Positions 9,214 through 19,391 of a stretch of 64,000 nucleotides of DNA are shown here, piece after piece. Position numbers and translations under genes: made by a program. This stretch comes from a virus (lineage: Duplodnaviria; Caudoviricetes): IMG/VR virus record IMGVR_UViG_3300042904_000419, positions 326 to 64,325 of that record. One strand, written 5' to 3'. Position 1 is the first letter of the stretch; the number at the start of each line of letters is the position of its first letter. The notes under the pieces are model-generated. The model was not told the DNA's origin and made no database searches. It was given only the letters and a program-made list of their open reading frames with translations.

Positions 9214-9489
9214 GTGTACCTGCCGTCGCCATCTGCTCGCTACACGGCGGAACTTCGAGAAATCGAAGCGGGCACTGGGGCCATTGCCGCCGCCCTGGAA
9301 AGCGGCGCCTATCGAATTCTGCGGCGAGATCCCCGCAAAGGCGCTTATATGCCCACCGCGGGCCTATGGGTGATCCGCCAGATTGTGGTTCGAGGGCTCC
9401 TGGTGGTGCAGGTCTACTACCAGATCCATGACGACCGCGAGGAGTTCGAGCTACTCTCGATACGCTCGATCGACCTCACCACACTTTAA
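9214..9489 (+). CDS. putative toxin, RelE/ParE-like by size and pattern
   Basis: Abuts the Panacea gene; 91 aa with L..DP..G and C-terminal VYYQI...ELLSI beta pattern. Confidence 0.5.
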   Translation: MYLPSPSARYTAELREIEAGTGAIAAALESGAYRILRRDPRKGAYMPTAGLWVIRQIVVRGLLVVQVYYQIHDDREEFELLSIRSIDLTTL

Positions 9490-9508
9490 CCATCACGGCG
9501 CCCTCTCC

Positions 9509-9534
9509 GCCCTCCCCCGCCGGGAGGGCTTTTT
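9509..9534 (+). terminator. intrinsic terminator
   Basis: GCCCTCCC-CCGCC-GGGAGGGC-TTTTT. Confidence 0.8.
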
Positions 9535-9551
9535 GCTGCGTGAACTGAGCC

Positions 9552-10922
9552 ATGCCCATCCGCCCCCCGGTCCTCATCGGCAGCGTGGCCGGCGCCGGCG
9601 TGGTGGAGCTCACCGACGACGCCCCGGCCGGCTCGCAGCTCCTCGTCCTCTCCACCTACCAGCGGCTCGACCTGGACCCGGCGCTGCCCCAGTTGGCGCA
9701 CGACACGCAGGGTAACCCCTACCGCCGCGACGTCAACGACGGGTTTGCGAACGCCTTCCCCTTCCGCGGCGACGTGGACCCCAGCATCCTCGGGGGCATC
9801 GGGGTCACGGTGCACTCCTGCCACCTGCAGCACCCGCTCAGCATCGGCGACCAGATCACGGTACCGCAGGCGTCCAGTATCGCCGTCTTGCGGACGAAGG
9901 GCGTAGAGCGGGCCGGGGCGTTCCTGGTGTTCACCGGTACGTCCAGCTACGACGGCACGGTCGGCGGCACTTCCCCCAACGGGGACGACGCGGGCCTCCT
10001 CCATCCGTTCGGCACCCCGACCATGCCGCAGCTCGGCCTCCAGCGCGGCGACCTGCTGGTGGCGGTGCTCGGACTGGCGCTGCCGGTAGAAGGCGCGGAG
10101 ACCCCGGCCTACGCCCTGAACACCCCGGGCTGGACGGAGCACGGCAGTTGGACCGGGCAGCGGCCCGGGGAACCAGATCCGGACAGCCTCTACGTGGCCA
10201 CCCGGCGCGCCGGGAACGACAGCGCCTACGATTTCGAGGTGGGCGTCGGGCCGGCGTCCGGCGTGTGGAACCTGTTCGTGGCCGGGTACCGGGCCGACCC
10301 GGCGAGCGGCGGCAGCCGGCTCGCGAATGTCCACACGGACCATGGGGCCTACCTGGTGGCCGACACGCTCTCCGGCCAGGTCCGGATCAAGCGGACGCGG
10401 TTCAGCAGCGGCCCGCCCTGGGACTTTGACGACGTGTTCGTGGGGCCGGTCGGATCCACGGCGCCGACCCTGGCCTATCACCCGGTCCGGGACACGGTCC
10501 ACGTGGGCTACGTGGACGCGGACGGGGCGATCGCCGAGTGGACCTCTCGCGACAGCGGCGAGAGCTGGGAGGAGGTGACGGACGTGGCAGGACTGTTCAC
10601 CGAAGGGGCGACCCCGTACTTGATCCGCGTGGACCAGCACGGGGCGATCGTCCGCGCCGCGTTCATCGAAGCGGAGCCGGACACCGGCGCCGGCGATATC
10701 GCGGTCTCCCTGCAGCGCGTCGGGCAGAGCGGCCCGGAGGATGCGCTCATCATCTCCGACGGGGACGGCCTGCCGCTTCGGTGGGAGCCGCAGGGGTTCA
10801 GCCTCTCCCCCGCCAACGACGCGCAGGAGCGCTGGCTGCTCACCGCGGTCCTCCAGGGAGAGACCGAGGACTCCCAGTGGGTGAGTTATGACCGCTGCCG
10901 GAGCGTGACCCGGATCACGTAG
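9552..10922 (+). CDS. putative virion protein with Asp-box (BNR) motif
   Basis: SRDSGESW and SYDRCRS Asp-box-like motifs; beta-rich and acidic. Confidence 0.55.
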   Translation: MPIRPPVLIGSVAGAGVVELTDDAPAGSQLLVLSTYQRLDLDPALPQLAHDTQGNPYRRDVNDGFANAFPFRGDVDPSILGGIGVTVHSCHLQHPLSIGDQITVPQASSIAVLRTKGVERAGAFLVFTGTSSYDGTVGGTSPNGDDAGLLHPFGTPTMPQLGLQRGDLLVAVLGLALPVEGAETPAYALNTPGWTEHGSWTGQRPGEPDPDSLYVATRRAGNDSAYDFEVGVGPASGVWNLFVAGYRADPASGGSRLANVHTDHGAYLVADTLSGQVRIKRTRFSSGPPWDFDDVFVGPVGSTAPTLAYHPVRDTVHVGYVDADGAIAEWTSRDSGESWEEVTDVAGLFTEGATPYLIRVDQHGAIVRAAFIEAEPDTGAGDIAVSLQRVGQSGPEDALIISDGDGLPLRWEPQGFSLSPANDAQERWLLTAVLQGETEDSQWVSYDRCRSVTRIT

Positions 10923-10998
10923 GACACATCCCGAATCCCGAAATCCAAAACTCGCCCTCCCGCCGGCCTCGCGTGCCGGCTTTCTCTTCGTCACCACC

Positions 10999-13188
10999 AT
11001 GCCCACTTACGACCTACTCGCTACCGAAGTACCGGCCGTCAACGTGCCCTCCGGCTGGATCACACCCGACGGCGAGGCGCCCGAAATCATCGAAGCGCTG
11101 CTGATCGGGGACGCGGCCATCGACAGCGTGCCGGTCTGGCACCGGTGGGCGAAGACGATCGAAGCGCTCGGCCGGATGGGCGGCGGCGCGCGGGCGATCA
11201 GCCAGGGGCTCCTGCTGGAGACGGACGCCTCCCTTGCGCTCCCGGTGACCGCCGGGCAGGCCTGGGCGGATATTCCGATCGGCTTCGACGCGGACACCAC
11301 CGTCGCCGTGACGGACGATATCCACGACGCGGGCGACTACGCTGGGGAGCGGATCTTCGTCTGGCTCACGCAAGGTAACACGCTGCAGCCGGTCAACAAC
11401 AGCCTGACGGCGCCCAGCCCGGATGCGGTGTTCCTGGGGAGCTGCCGCACCCTGGACGGGGCGGTGGTCGACACTGACCGGTCGGGCGTGATGATCAAGC
11501 TGCAGGGCGGGATCCTGTTCCGGCGCACCGGCGACCCCGGCCCGCCCGGCGACACCCCGCCGAGTAACGTCTCGTTTCTGGCGCAGACCGACGGCGGCTA
11601 CTACTGGTGGACCGGCTCCGCCTACGTCGCGCTGCTGGACGCGCAGACCGTCAAGACCGACGGCACGCACAGCACCAGCGGGCCCCTCGCGGACGTAGTG
11701 ACGGCCGGGACCGGCATCTCCCTCGCCGTGGTCGACACCGGCGGCGGTGTGTGGAAGCTGCAGATCACGAATACGGACCCGGGCAGCACTTACGCGGTGC
11801 ACGTGGAGGAGCTCCCGACGTTCGACGTGGACGTCCCGTCCGGCGAAACCCGTTACGTCGAGGTCGATTTCAGCGAGCGCGGCAGCTTCCCGGCGGAAGG
11901 CAATTACACCGTCCTGGTGGATGCCGTCACGGGCGGCACGACCTCGCGCCTGGTGGTCGAGGAGGTGCAAACAGCGATTTCAGGGGGCGCGGACCTGGCC
12001 AGCAAGGGCGGCGGGGTCTGCGTGCTGCGGCTGCGGAACATCACCCAGCCGCTCCTGAACCTCACGAACGACACCTTTACCCTCACGGTCACCCTCGTCG
12101 GCCCGGACTGGACGGAAGGCAGCGACGCGGAAGCGGATCCAGCGATCACCGAGCTCGACCTCAAGGAGACCTATGTCCAGTATGTGCCGCTCGATCCGAT
12201 CGAGTGTCCACCCGGGGAGGCGCGCGTCGTCAAGGTGGACCTGTCCGAGCTCGGCTCCTACGGCGGCGAGTTCCTGGTCCGCGCTTCCTGCGACCAGGAC
12301 CCGACGAAAACGCTCATCTCCCGTCTCGTGGGCTATCAGGACGGGGAGGCGACGGCGGCGGGCTTCGCCGACGGCAACAACCTGGTCACGCCGGATACGT
12401 TCGCGCCGTCCTTCGCCATCGTGTACCTGCTCGTCCAGAACGCGGCGGATGCCGAGGCCGGCGACTACGGGACCAGCACACAGCTTGAGCTCACGCTCCG
12501 CTGCGAGGGGCCGCGGTGGCGCGCGCACCCGACCGGGACCGGCGTCCCGGCGGTGGACGTGTATCCCTACGACAGCGGCTTCGATCCGGCGGACTACGCC
12601 ACGGAAGCGTATGTGGACGCGGCGACGGCGGACCTTATCAAAGCCGACGGCACGCGGGACTTCACCGGCGACCAGAGTATGGACGGGAACCGGCTTACGG
12701 ACCTCCCGGACACCCCCACGGCCGGGGCCGACGCCGTAAACCAGAACTACGTCGACGCCGCCATCGCTACCGCCATCGGCGGGCAGCGCATCGCTCCCTT
12801 GGCCCGCTGGGAGGACGTGGCCCCGACCACGCGCAACACCACGCCGCAAAGCCTCATCCTCCCGCTCAGCGCCTCTGTAGGGGCTGTGGCGCTCTCGGAG
12901 TGGCTCTGCCCGGGGGATGGCGCGGCGCGGCGGATCTCGATCCTCTGCAACACCACGCTCCTCAGCGGCACCGGCGCTTATCGCGCCGCGGTCTACCAGA
13001 ACGGCTCCCCGGTAACGTCGCAATGGCTGGACCTGGAAACCGCTGACGGTCGCCAGAAGGTCGGAGAGCTCAATCTGGCGTTCGCCGCCGGGGATCTGCT
13101 GCAAGTCTTCGTGACAGTGCCGGGGACGCTGACCGTCAGTGGCGGGTATGTGGTGGTGGAGCTCTCCGGCTACGTGGAGGACCACTAG
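10999..13188 (+). CDS. putative tail fibre / receptor-binding protein (729 aa)
   Basis: Acidic, beta-rich; YATEAYVD and PTAGADAVNQNYVD stalk motifs typical of fibres. Confidence 0.6.
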   Translation: MPTYDLLATEVPAVNVPSGWITPDGEAPEIIEALLIGDAAIDSVPVWHRWAKTIEALGRMGGGARAISQGLLLETDASLALPVTAGQAWADIPIGFDADTTVAVTDDIHDAGDYAGERIFVWLTQGNTLQPVNNSLTAPSPDAVFLGSCRTLDGAVVDTDRSGVMIKLQGGILFRRTGDPGPPGDTPPSNVSFLAQTDGGYYWWTGSAYVALLDAQTVKTDGTHSTSGPLADVVTAGTGISLAVVDTGGGVWKLQITNTDPGSTYAVHVEELPTFDVDVPSGETRYVEVDFSERGSFPAEGNYTVLVDAVTGGTTSRLVVEEVQTAISGGADLASKGGGVCVLRLRNITQPLLNLTNDTFTLTVTLVGPDWTEGSDAEADPAITELDLKETYVQYVPLDPIECPPGEARVVKVDLSELGSYGGEFLVRASCDQDPTKTLISRLVGYQDGEATAAGFADGNNLVTPDTFAPSFAIVYLLVQNAADAEAGDYGTSTQLELTLRCEGPRWRAHPTGTGVPAVDVYPYDSGFDPADYATEAYVDAATADLIKADGTRDFTGDQSMDGNRLTDLPDTPTAGADAVNQNYVDAAIATAIGGQRIAPLARWEDVAPTTRNTTPQSLILPLSASVGAVALSEWLCPGDGAARRISILCNTTLLSGTGAYRAAVYQNGSPVTSQWLDLETADGRQKVGELNLAFAAGDLLQVFVTVPGTLTVSGGYVVVELSGYVEDH

Positions 13189-13190
13189 CC

Positions 13191-14783
13191 ATGCTCCTCC
13201 GTAGCCGCTCCCGCCGCCCCGCTCCCGTCGCCCCGGCCAACCCCTGGTTCCCCTGGGTCGATCCCCTGCCGCAGCGCAGTCCCGATCGCGGCCGCTCCGT
13301 CCTGGCGGTGATCCCCTCCGGCGGCAAGTCCGGGAGGCAGCTCCGCCGCTGCTTGCAGCACCTCCACGCGGCCAGCGAGGGGGTAAGCCTGCGGGTGCTC
13401 GTGGTTCTGTGCCGGGTCACGCCGGGCGCACAGAAACGCGCCCGTGCTGCCTGCGCCGGCCTGGCCGAGCTGGTCGAGCTGGAGGGCGACTACACCTATT
13501 CGCGCTCCCTCAACGCCGGGTGGGCACGGCGCCGTGACGAAGGCTATTTCCTCGCGCTCAACGACGATTGCGACCTCCGGCCGGGGGCACTGGCGGCGCT
13601 CCGCCTGGCCCTCATTGAGGAAGGCTGGACGGCGGCCGGTCCGCACCTGACGACGGACTCCCCCCATTACAAAGCGGTGGTGGTGCCCGCGCGCAGCCGC
13701 CGCAATGAACCCCTTTGGGGCTGCTGCATCCTCTGGGACGCGTGGTGGCTGGAGCGTATCGGCACGCCGGGCAAGCCGTACGACGAGCGGCTGACGGGGT
13801 ACGGGTTCGACGAACCCGAGCTCCTCATTCAGACGTTGCGGCGCGGCGGACGCTGGGGCGTAGAGCCGAAAGCCCACGCCCATCACTATGGCCACCTGTT
13901 CGAGCAGGAGCAGGTGGTCTATGCCTCCCTCCGGTTCCAGGCGAATCTCCATCTGTTCCACGCCCTCCACGGCTGCCACGAATGGGGCGCCTCGCATCAC
14001 TGGCAGCCGCTCCCCGGACTCCTGGTGAGCCTGGCGGGGCACAACGTCGCGGAGTGGGTCGAACGGTGCCTGCGGAGCGTGGAGGCGAGCCTGGCCGGCT
14101 ACCGGTGGGCGCTGGTCTACGCGGACGACGGCAGCACGGACGGCAGCGCGGAGCTGGTGGAGCGGTACCCGCTGAGCTGCGGGATGCGGCTGGTGACGCG
14201 GCATCCGAAAGCCCGCAACGCCGCCCAGGCCAAGAACCGCGCCCTGGCGGACGGGCAGGGGCTCTCCCGCGCCTATCCCGCGCTCCTGCTCATGGATGCC
14301 GATGACGAGATGCTACCGGGGCGCCCGGGGCTGCTCTGGCAGGCGCGAGACGCGGGACACCTGGCGGTGAGCGGGCCGTACGAGGCCGTGCCGCTGAGCG
14401 GAAGCCGCTCCCTCATCCGGCCGACGGCACAACAGCAGTGGAAGGGCGCGCTGGGCCCGTGGGCGACCCTGCTGCACGCTTCATTGGTGCCGGCGGACGG
14501 CTGCCTGTTTCCCGAGGAGCTAGACGCCCACGAGGACGTCGCTCTCTGGCTTCGCTGGTGGCTGAACGGAACCGTGCTGCACCCGCTCCCGGACGGGCCG
14601 CCGGTTCATCGCTACCACCACCGGGCCGGCTCCACGTGCCGCGGGGCCGACGCCGCCGCGCTCTACCGGGCTTACCGGGCCTGGCGGGCGCGCGAGCTGG
14701 GCGTAGCGGAGGCGCTGGGCGTAGCGGAGGCGCTGGCGCCGCTCGATTTCACTCTCCCGCCCCTCGCGGGCCGCGTGGGCTAA
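13191..14783 (+). CDS. two-domain family 2 glycosyltransferase
   Basis: Domain 1: YSRSLNAG, FLALNDD, GYGFDE. Domain 2: DDGSTDGS, AKNRAL, MDADD, HED. Confidence 0.85.
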   Translation: MLLRSRSRRPAPVAPANPWFPWVDPLPQRSPDRGRSVLAVIPSGGKSGRQLRRCLQHLHAASEGVSLRVLVVLCRVTPGAQKRARAACAGLAELVELEGDYTYSRSLNAGWARRRDEGYFLALNDDCDLRPGALAALRLALIEEGWTAAGPHLTTDSPHYKAVVVPARSRRNEPLWGCCILWDAWWLERIGTPGKPYDERLTGYGFDEPELLIQTLRRGGRWGVEPKAHAHHYGHLFEQEQVVYASLRFQANLHLFHALHGCHEWGASHHWQPLPGLLVSLAGHNVAEWVERCLRSVEASLAGYRWALVYADDGSTDGSAELVERYPLSCGMRLVTRHPKARNAAQAKNRALADGQGLSRAYPALLLMDADDEMLPGRPGLLWQARDAGHLAVSGPYEAVPLSGSRSLIRPTAQQQWKGALGPWATLLHASLVPADGCLFPEELDAHEDVALWLRWWLNGTVLHPLPDGPPVHRYHHRAGSTCRGADAAALYRAYRAWRARELGVAEALGVAEALAPLDFTLPPLAGRVG

Positions 14784-14851
14784 CCCTTTCGCTGCCCGCC
14801 CTCTCCACCGGTCGCCCTCCTCGGGGCGGCCGTTTTGCATGGTGACCCCTC

Positions 14852-16918
14852 ATGCCCTCGCACGACTTCCTGCTCCATGGACTCGGAGATAACGGCCAGC
14901 CCGTCAGCCGCTATCTACCGGAGCGCGGCGGGTCGGATACGAATCCGTTCCTGATCAATCACCCGTCGTCCGCTTTCGGTTCGGCAGGGGTGCCGGACTG
15001 GCCCTACAATTCGACCTCGGGCTACATCGAGGGGACTTCCGGCACGAAGTGGGGCGTGATCGACAGCGCTATCACGCACGTCTCGAACCGGATTTCCGTC
15101 TGGCTGCGAAAGGTCAGCTCTCACTGCTACTTCGTCATCGGCCAGGTTACGAAAGTAGCTTCGCAGGACGGTTACGACCACCTGTTCACCGGGACGGCCG
15201 GTAGTAACAACTTCAGCGTCCGCAAGAGCACGGCCGGCACCATCGGCGCGGCGCTGGGCTCCGTCACCGTCCCCGTGGACTCGACGGGCGGCGAGGTGAC
15301 GGTGGACCGCTGGTACAGCGGCAGTGGCTCCACGTTGAACTTCGACGTGTATTGGAAGGGGGTCTACATCGGCACCATCCAGGACACGTCCGCGTCCGGC
15401 GTGCATCTCACCGGTCTCTGTCCCGTCATCGCGATGGCGCCGACCGGGGGCGATCAGCCGAGCACCAGCAAAGGCTACCACTTCAACCGCTGGCAGGCGA
15501 TTGCCACCGGGCAAACGGCGGCGGCGACGGCCATGCCGTCGCTGAGTCAGGTGCGGATCGGCGCCGGCGGGCAGTCCCTCCAGGTGAAGCGCCGCAGCGG
15601 CACCACGTTCACCGGCTCCACCTGGACGATCACGGACCAGTCCGGCGTGGCGATCACGGGCGTCAGCATCACGGCCCAGACCGTGAACGACGGCGACACC
15701 GTGACGCTCACGATCGACCCGGGGACCGACCTCTCCAAGCTCGGCCTCGCGCGGCTCAACTCCACGAGCGGGCAACAGGTGCTCATTGCGCTGGTGCGGG
15801 ATTACGCCCAGGTCCTCACGCCGAACGACGCCACGTTCCGGTCGTTCCTCTCCAAAGCCGGTATCCTCGGCGCCAGCAACGCCTACTGGGAGACGAACAG
15901 CCCCGGCAACGGGCTCATCTGCGGCGTCCGCAACGGCAACGGCGCGGTGATGTGCTTCGACCTGACGCCGACGGTGTCCGGGTTCCGGCCGCACCTGGGC
16001 GTCCTGGTGGACGCGGTGCAGGAACGCTACGCGCTGCAGAGCACCGACCCGACCACCTACTATCACCGGCTGTTCCGGGGGAAGGCGGAGACGGGTGATG
16101 TGGGGCTACAGGTGCAGCCGCTTTCCTTCAACCGGGCGAGCGGCGGCGACCTCTGGACCACGCAGCGGTTCCGGATCAAGAACCTCGTTCTGCCAGGCGG
16201 AGCGTCCCTGGTGGGAATGACCTCTGGCCCGTGCATCGCGCGCACCGGGCGCATGCGGATCATCGGGGACTCCATGATGATCGGCTATGCCTCGCTCGGA
16301 AGCGGGGACGTGCAGACCAACCACGACGCGTCGATCAGCTTCGGGCACTTCTACGCCCGGGCGCTCCGCATGTCGCCGGAGTTCCACGCAGTGGCCGGCG
16401 GGCGGTGGACCAACACCGCCGGCACCGGCACCTGGCCGGCGATCAACCGGGACGCCGGGGGCGCCTGGGGCAAGAAGGACGCCAGCAACAACTGGGACGA
16501 CGCCACCGCCATCGAGGAATACCTCGTGGCGCTCGGCTACAACGACCTCTGGGGTTCCAGTCCCACCGATCCGTACACGAAGGCGTTGGCCTGTTTCCAG
16601 TACGAGTACGCGATCAACCCGGGCGCGAACTGGACCATCCTCTCGCCGTCCGGCGCGTGGGAAAGCAGCGTCTTTCAGGCCGCGATCGATGCCGGCATTC
16701 CTAGCGATCAGTTGTTCCTCGTGCCGTGCGCCACGCTCATGCAGATCCTCATTGGCCTGGGGCCCATCCTGGGGGCTGCCGGTCGGTTTACCGAGGACGG
16801 CATCCACCCGAACGTTCCCGGGATGCTGCTGCTCCTGGGCGAGATTATGACCGTTCGCACCACGCCGACCGAAGCGTCAGGCGGCGGCTCGATCTTCTCT
16901 TCTCCCGTCATTTCGTAG
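14852..16918 (+). CDS. putative virion-associated SGNH/GDSL esterase with beta-sandwich N-terminus
   Basis: IIGDS (block I), LGYND (block III), DGIHPN (block V). Confidence 0.75.
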   Translation: MPSHDFLLHGLGDNGQPVSRYLPERGGSDTNPFLINHPSSAFGSAGVPDWPYNSTSGYIEGTSGTKWGVIDSAITHVSNRISVWLRKVSSHCYFVIGQVTKVASQDGYDHLFTGTAGSNNFSVRKSTAGTIGAALGSVTVPVDSTGGEVTVDRWYSGSGSTLNFDVYWKGVYIGTIQDTSASGVHLTGLCPVIAMAPTGGDQPSTSKGYHFNRWQAIATGQTAAATAMPSLSQVRIGAGGQSLQVKRRSGTTFTGSTWTITDQSGVAITGVSITAQTVNDGDTVTLTIDPGTDLSKLGLARLNSTSGQQVLIALVRDYAQVLTPNDATFRSFLSKAGILGASNAYWETNSPGNGLICGVRNGNGAVMCFDLTPTVSGFRPHLGVLVDAVQERYALQSTDPTTYYHRLFRGKAETGDVGLQVQPLSFNRASGGDLWTTQRFRIKNLVLPGGASLVGMTSGPCIARTGRMRIIGDSMMIGYASLGSGDVQTNHDASISFGHFYARALRMSPEFHAVAGGRWTNTAGTGTWPAINRDAGGAWGKKDASNNWDDATAIEEYLVALGYNDLWGSSPTDPYTKALACFQYEYAINPGANWTILSPSGAWESSVFQAAIDAGIPSDQLFLVPCATLMQILIGLGPILGAAGRFTEDGIHPNVPGMLLLLGEIMTVRTTPTEASGGGSIFSSPVIS

Positions 16919-16926
16919 GAGCCCCC

Positions 16927-18717
16927 ATGAGCTACCTGGGCAGTTGGAAATTGGAAGATTCCCTCACCTTTGTGGTGAATACGCACTCGACGGCAGGAGC
17001 GGAGACGGACGCGGACGCCGCGCCGAGCTATCGCGTGTACGAGGACGAAACGACCACGCCGCTCCTCACGGGCACCATGGCCCTGCTCGACGACGGCAAC
17101 ACCGTCGGTCAGTATTCAGAGCAGATCACCCTCAGCGCCGGCAGCGGTTTTGAGAAGGGCAAGTGCTACACGATCCGGGTGCGCGCCGTGGTCGGCGGGG
17201 TGGCAGGGAGCGCCGTTCACACCTTCCAAATCGAGGCGGAGGTGGACGCGAACACGGTTTCCGGCACGCCGCCGGATTCGTCCGGGGTCGCTACGCTACT
17301 CCTGCGGCTGACCAACGACCGGGCCGCCCTCCTCGACAAGCTGAACATCACCGGGAACGTGGCGGGCTCCGCCGAGGTGGTGGCGATCCAGAACAACACG
17401 CGGGTGGTCCGCGTGGTCCCGAACCTGGTGGAACGTCCGGACAGCGGCAGCACGGCGTTCCGGATCGAGCTCTACTGCTACGATGAAACCGGCAGCATGG
17501 AAGCGCCGGACAGCGCGCCCACGCTGTCCGTCGTTAACCAGTCCGGCACTTCGCGGGACGGCAACCTCGACAGCACCTCCATGACCCTGGTGAGCACCGG
17601 GCGCTATCGCTCTACCTACACGGTGGACAGCGCCCACGCGATCGAGGAGCTCGTCTTCGTGTTCAGCCTGGTGGAGGGCGGCGCCACGCGACTGTTCGGG
17701 AACGTCAGCCAGGTGGTCGATACGACGGCGGTGGACTTCACCAGCGCCGACCGGACGAAGCTGGAGGCGATCCACAGCGCGGCCACCGAGGCCCGCCTGG
17801 CGGAGCTCGACAGCGGAAACCTGCCGGCGGATATCGCGACGGTCGGGGCCAACGCCGCTACGGCCGCCACCCAGGCCACCGCCGCGGCGTCCAGCGCTGC
17901 TTCCGCCGATACCAAGGCCACCACCCTTCTGAATCGGCTCGGCGCCTGGACCGGCAGCGGCATCAACACGGTGCTCGGCGCCTTCCGCGCTCTCGCGGCG
18001 AAGGCTAACGGACTAACCCCCTCGGACCTCTCCGCCGGAACGACGTTCGACAACACCACGGACAGCGGCGAAGCGATCCGGGATCAGGGCGATGCGGAGT
18101 GGCTGACCGGAGAGGGCGAGGGCGGCGAGACGATCGGCGCGCACACCGTCACGATCACCGTGACCGACGAGGACACGCTAGACCCCATCTTCGGAGCACT
18201 GGTGAGCGTGAAGACGGTGGCGGGCTCGTTGGTGGAGCAGGGGCGCACGGATGCCGACGGGGAGTTTAGCACGTCTCTGGACGATGGCAGCTACACGGCG
18301 AGCGTCAACGCCCTGGCAGGCTACAGCGGCGTAGCGGATCAGGCGTTTACGGTCAACGGAGACGAGGACGTGAGCGTGGCGCTGGCTCCGATTCCCGTCG
18401 CCTCCGTCTCGCCCGGTACCCGCGTGGTCCGCATCATCCTGGTGGGCGCGAACGGGGCGGCCCTGAGCGGGGTGGTGGTCACCGCGCAGCTCGCGCAGCA
18501 GAAGGCGACGCTCGATCAGGCGCTCATCCAGGCGCAGCGGCTCTCCGCCACCACCAACGGCAGCGGCGTGGCCGACCTGGTGTGCGTGACCGCGGACGAG
18601 TTCGAAGATGGGGCTGGCGAATACGTGTTCTGCGTGCCCAACTGGGGCAGCGTGCGAACCGGCATTCCCGCCGGCGCCGGCGTGCTCAACCTGCAGGAGC
18701 ATCTGCAGGAGGTGTGA
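16927..18717 (+). CDS. putative virion structural protein with Ig-like/carboxypeptidase-regulatory-like domains
   Basis: GALVSV...GRTDADGEF.....DGSYT pattern; Ala-rich linker; AGGAG SD. Confidence 0.6.
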   Translation: MSYLGSWKLEDSLTFVVNTHSTAGAETDADAAPSYRVYEDETTTPLLTGTMALLDDGNTVGQYSEQITLSAGSGFEKGKCYTIRVRAVVGGVAGSAVHTFQIEAEVDANTVSGTPPDSSGVATLLLRLTNDRAALLDKLNITGNVAGSAEVVAIQNNTRVVRVVPNLVERPDSGSTAFRIELYCYDETGSMEAPDSAPTLSVVNQSGTSRDGNLDSTSMTLVSTGRYRSTYTVDSAHAIEELVFVFSLVEGGATRLFGNVSQVVDTTAVDFTSADRTKLEAIHSAATEARLAELDSGNLPADIATVGANAATAATQATAAASSAASADTKATTLLNRLGAWTGSGINTVLGAFRALAAKANGLTPSDLSAGTTFDNTTDSGEAIRDQGDAEWLTGEGEGGETIGAHTVTITVTDEDTLDPIFGALVSVKTVAGSLVEQGRTDADGEFSTSLDDGSYTASVNALAGYSGVADQAFTVNGDEDVSVALAPIPVASVSPGTRVVRIILVGANGAALSGVVVTAQLAQQKATLDQALIQAQRLSATTNGSGVADLVCVTADEFEDGAGEYVFCVPNWGSVRTGIPAGAGVLNLQEHLQEV

Positions 18718-18734
18718 CACCTGACGCCTGAACC

Positions 18735-18770
18735 CGGCCGGGAGGAGCAGTAACGCTCCTCCCGGCCTTT
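18735..18770 (+). terminator. intrinsic terminator ending the fibre module
   Basis: GGCCGGGAGGAGC...GCTCCTCCCGGCC-TTT. Confidence 0.75.
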
Positions 18771-18785
18771 CGCTGCGTACCTCCA

Positions 18786-19391
18786 TTACCCTTCCGCCGA
18801 CGCCTTCGAGGGTCGGCCGGGGCGCTGGGGCTTAAACAGCGCCACCTCGTCGGCGTCCAGCCACCAGATCGGGCCGCGCGGGGTCTCTTCGCGAGTTGCC
18901 GCCAGCCGTCCCGCCCGAATCAGAGTGCGAACGCGTTGCGGCGACACGTTGCCGGTCCCGTTCTGCCGCTGGATGATTCGGGCCGCCTCTTCGACTGTGA
19001 GCGGCTGCTTCGGCATGGGAGCGCTAGGAGGTTCGCTAGGATAGAGCATGTCCACCAATGCGCCGGCGGCGCGAGTGCCGGGTAGCGCCGAGTGCAGCGG
19101 GTCGCCGGAGACCTTGATGATCGAAGGAGACTCCGCGCTGATGGCCGCGAACAGCCCCCGGCTCCGCAGCGCAGCCAGCGTTTTACTCACCAACTCTGGC
19201 CATTCAGGCGTGGGGGTGACGCAGAGGGCTTCTGCCCACGTCGGAGCGCAGTACAACCGGTAATTCCCGCCCCGATCCACATCTGCCTGAGTCAGGCCGG
19301 GGGTGGACTTCGGCTCAAACTCCAGCCCGGTGGCCTCGTCCAAAATCGCTTTGAGTTCGTCAAGATCCAGTTCGATGCGCGTAGATTCCAT
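18786..19391 (-). CDS. protein with C-terminal excisionase-like HTH
   Basis: LTVEEAA...VRTLIRAGRLAA...W...PGRP; upstream TTGCGT-18-TATAGT. Confidence 0.7.
   Translation of the reverse strand: MESTRIELDLDELKAILDEATGLEFEPKSTPGLTQADVDRGGNYRLYCAPTWAEALCVTPTPEWPELVSKTLAALRSRGLFAAISAESPSIIKVSGDPLHSALPGTRAAGALVDMLYPSEPPSAPMPKQPLTVEEAARIIQRQNGTGNVSPQRVRTLIRAGRLAATREETPRGPIWWLDADEVALFKPQRPGRPSKASAEG

Noticed and set aside
14696-14736. 18-bp tandem duplication (LGVAEA twice) in the glycosyltransferase tail
   Set aside because: In-frame slippage in a likely unstructured C-terminus with no sign of function.
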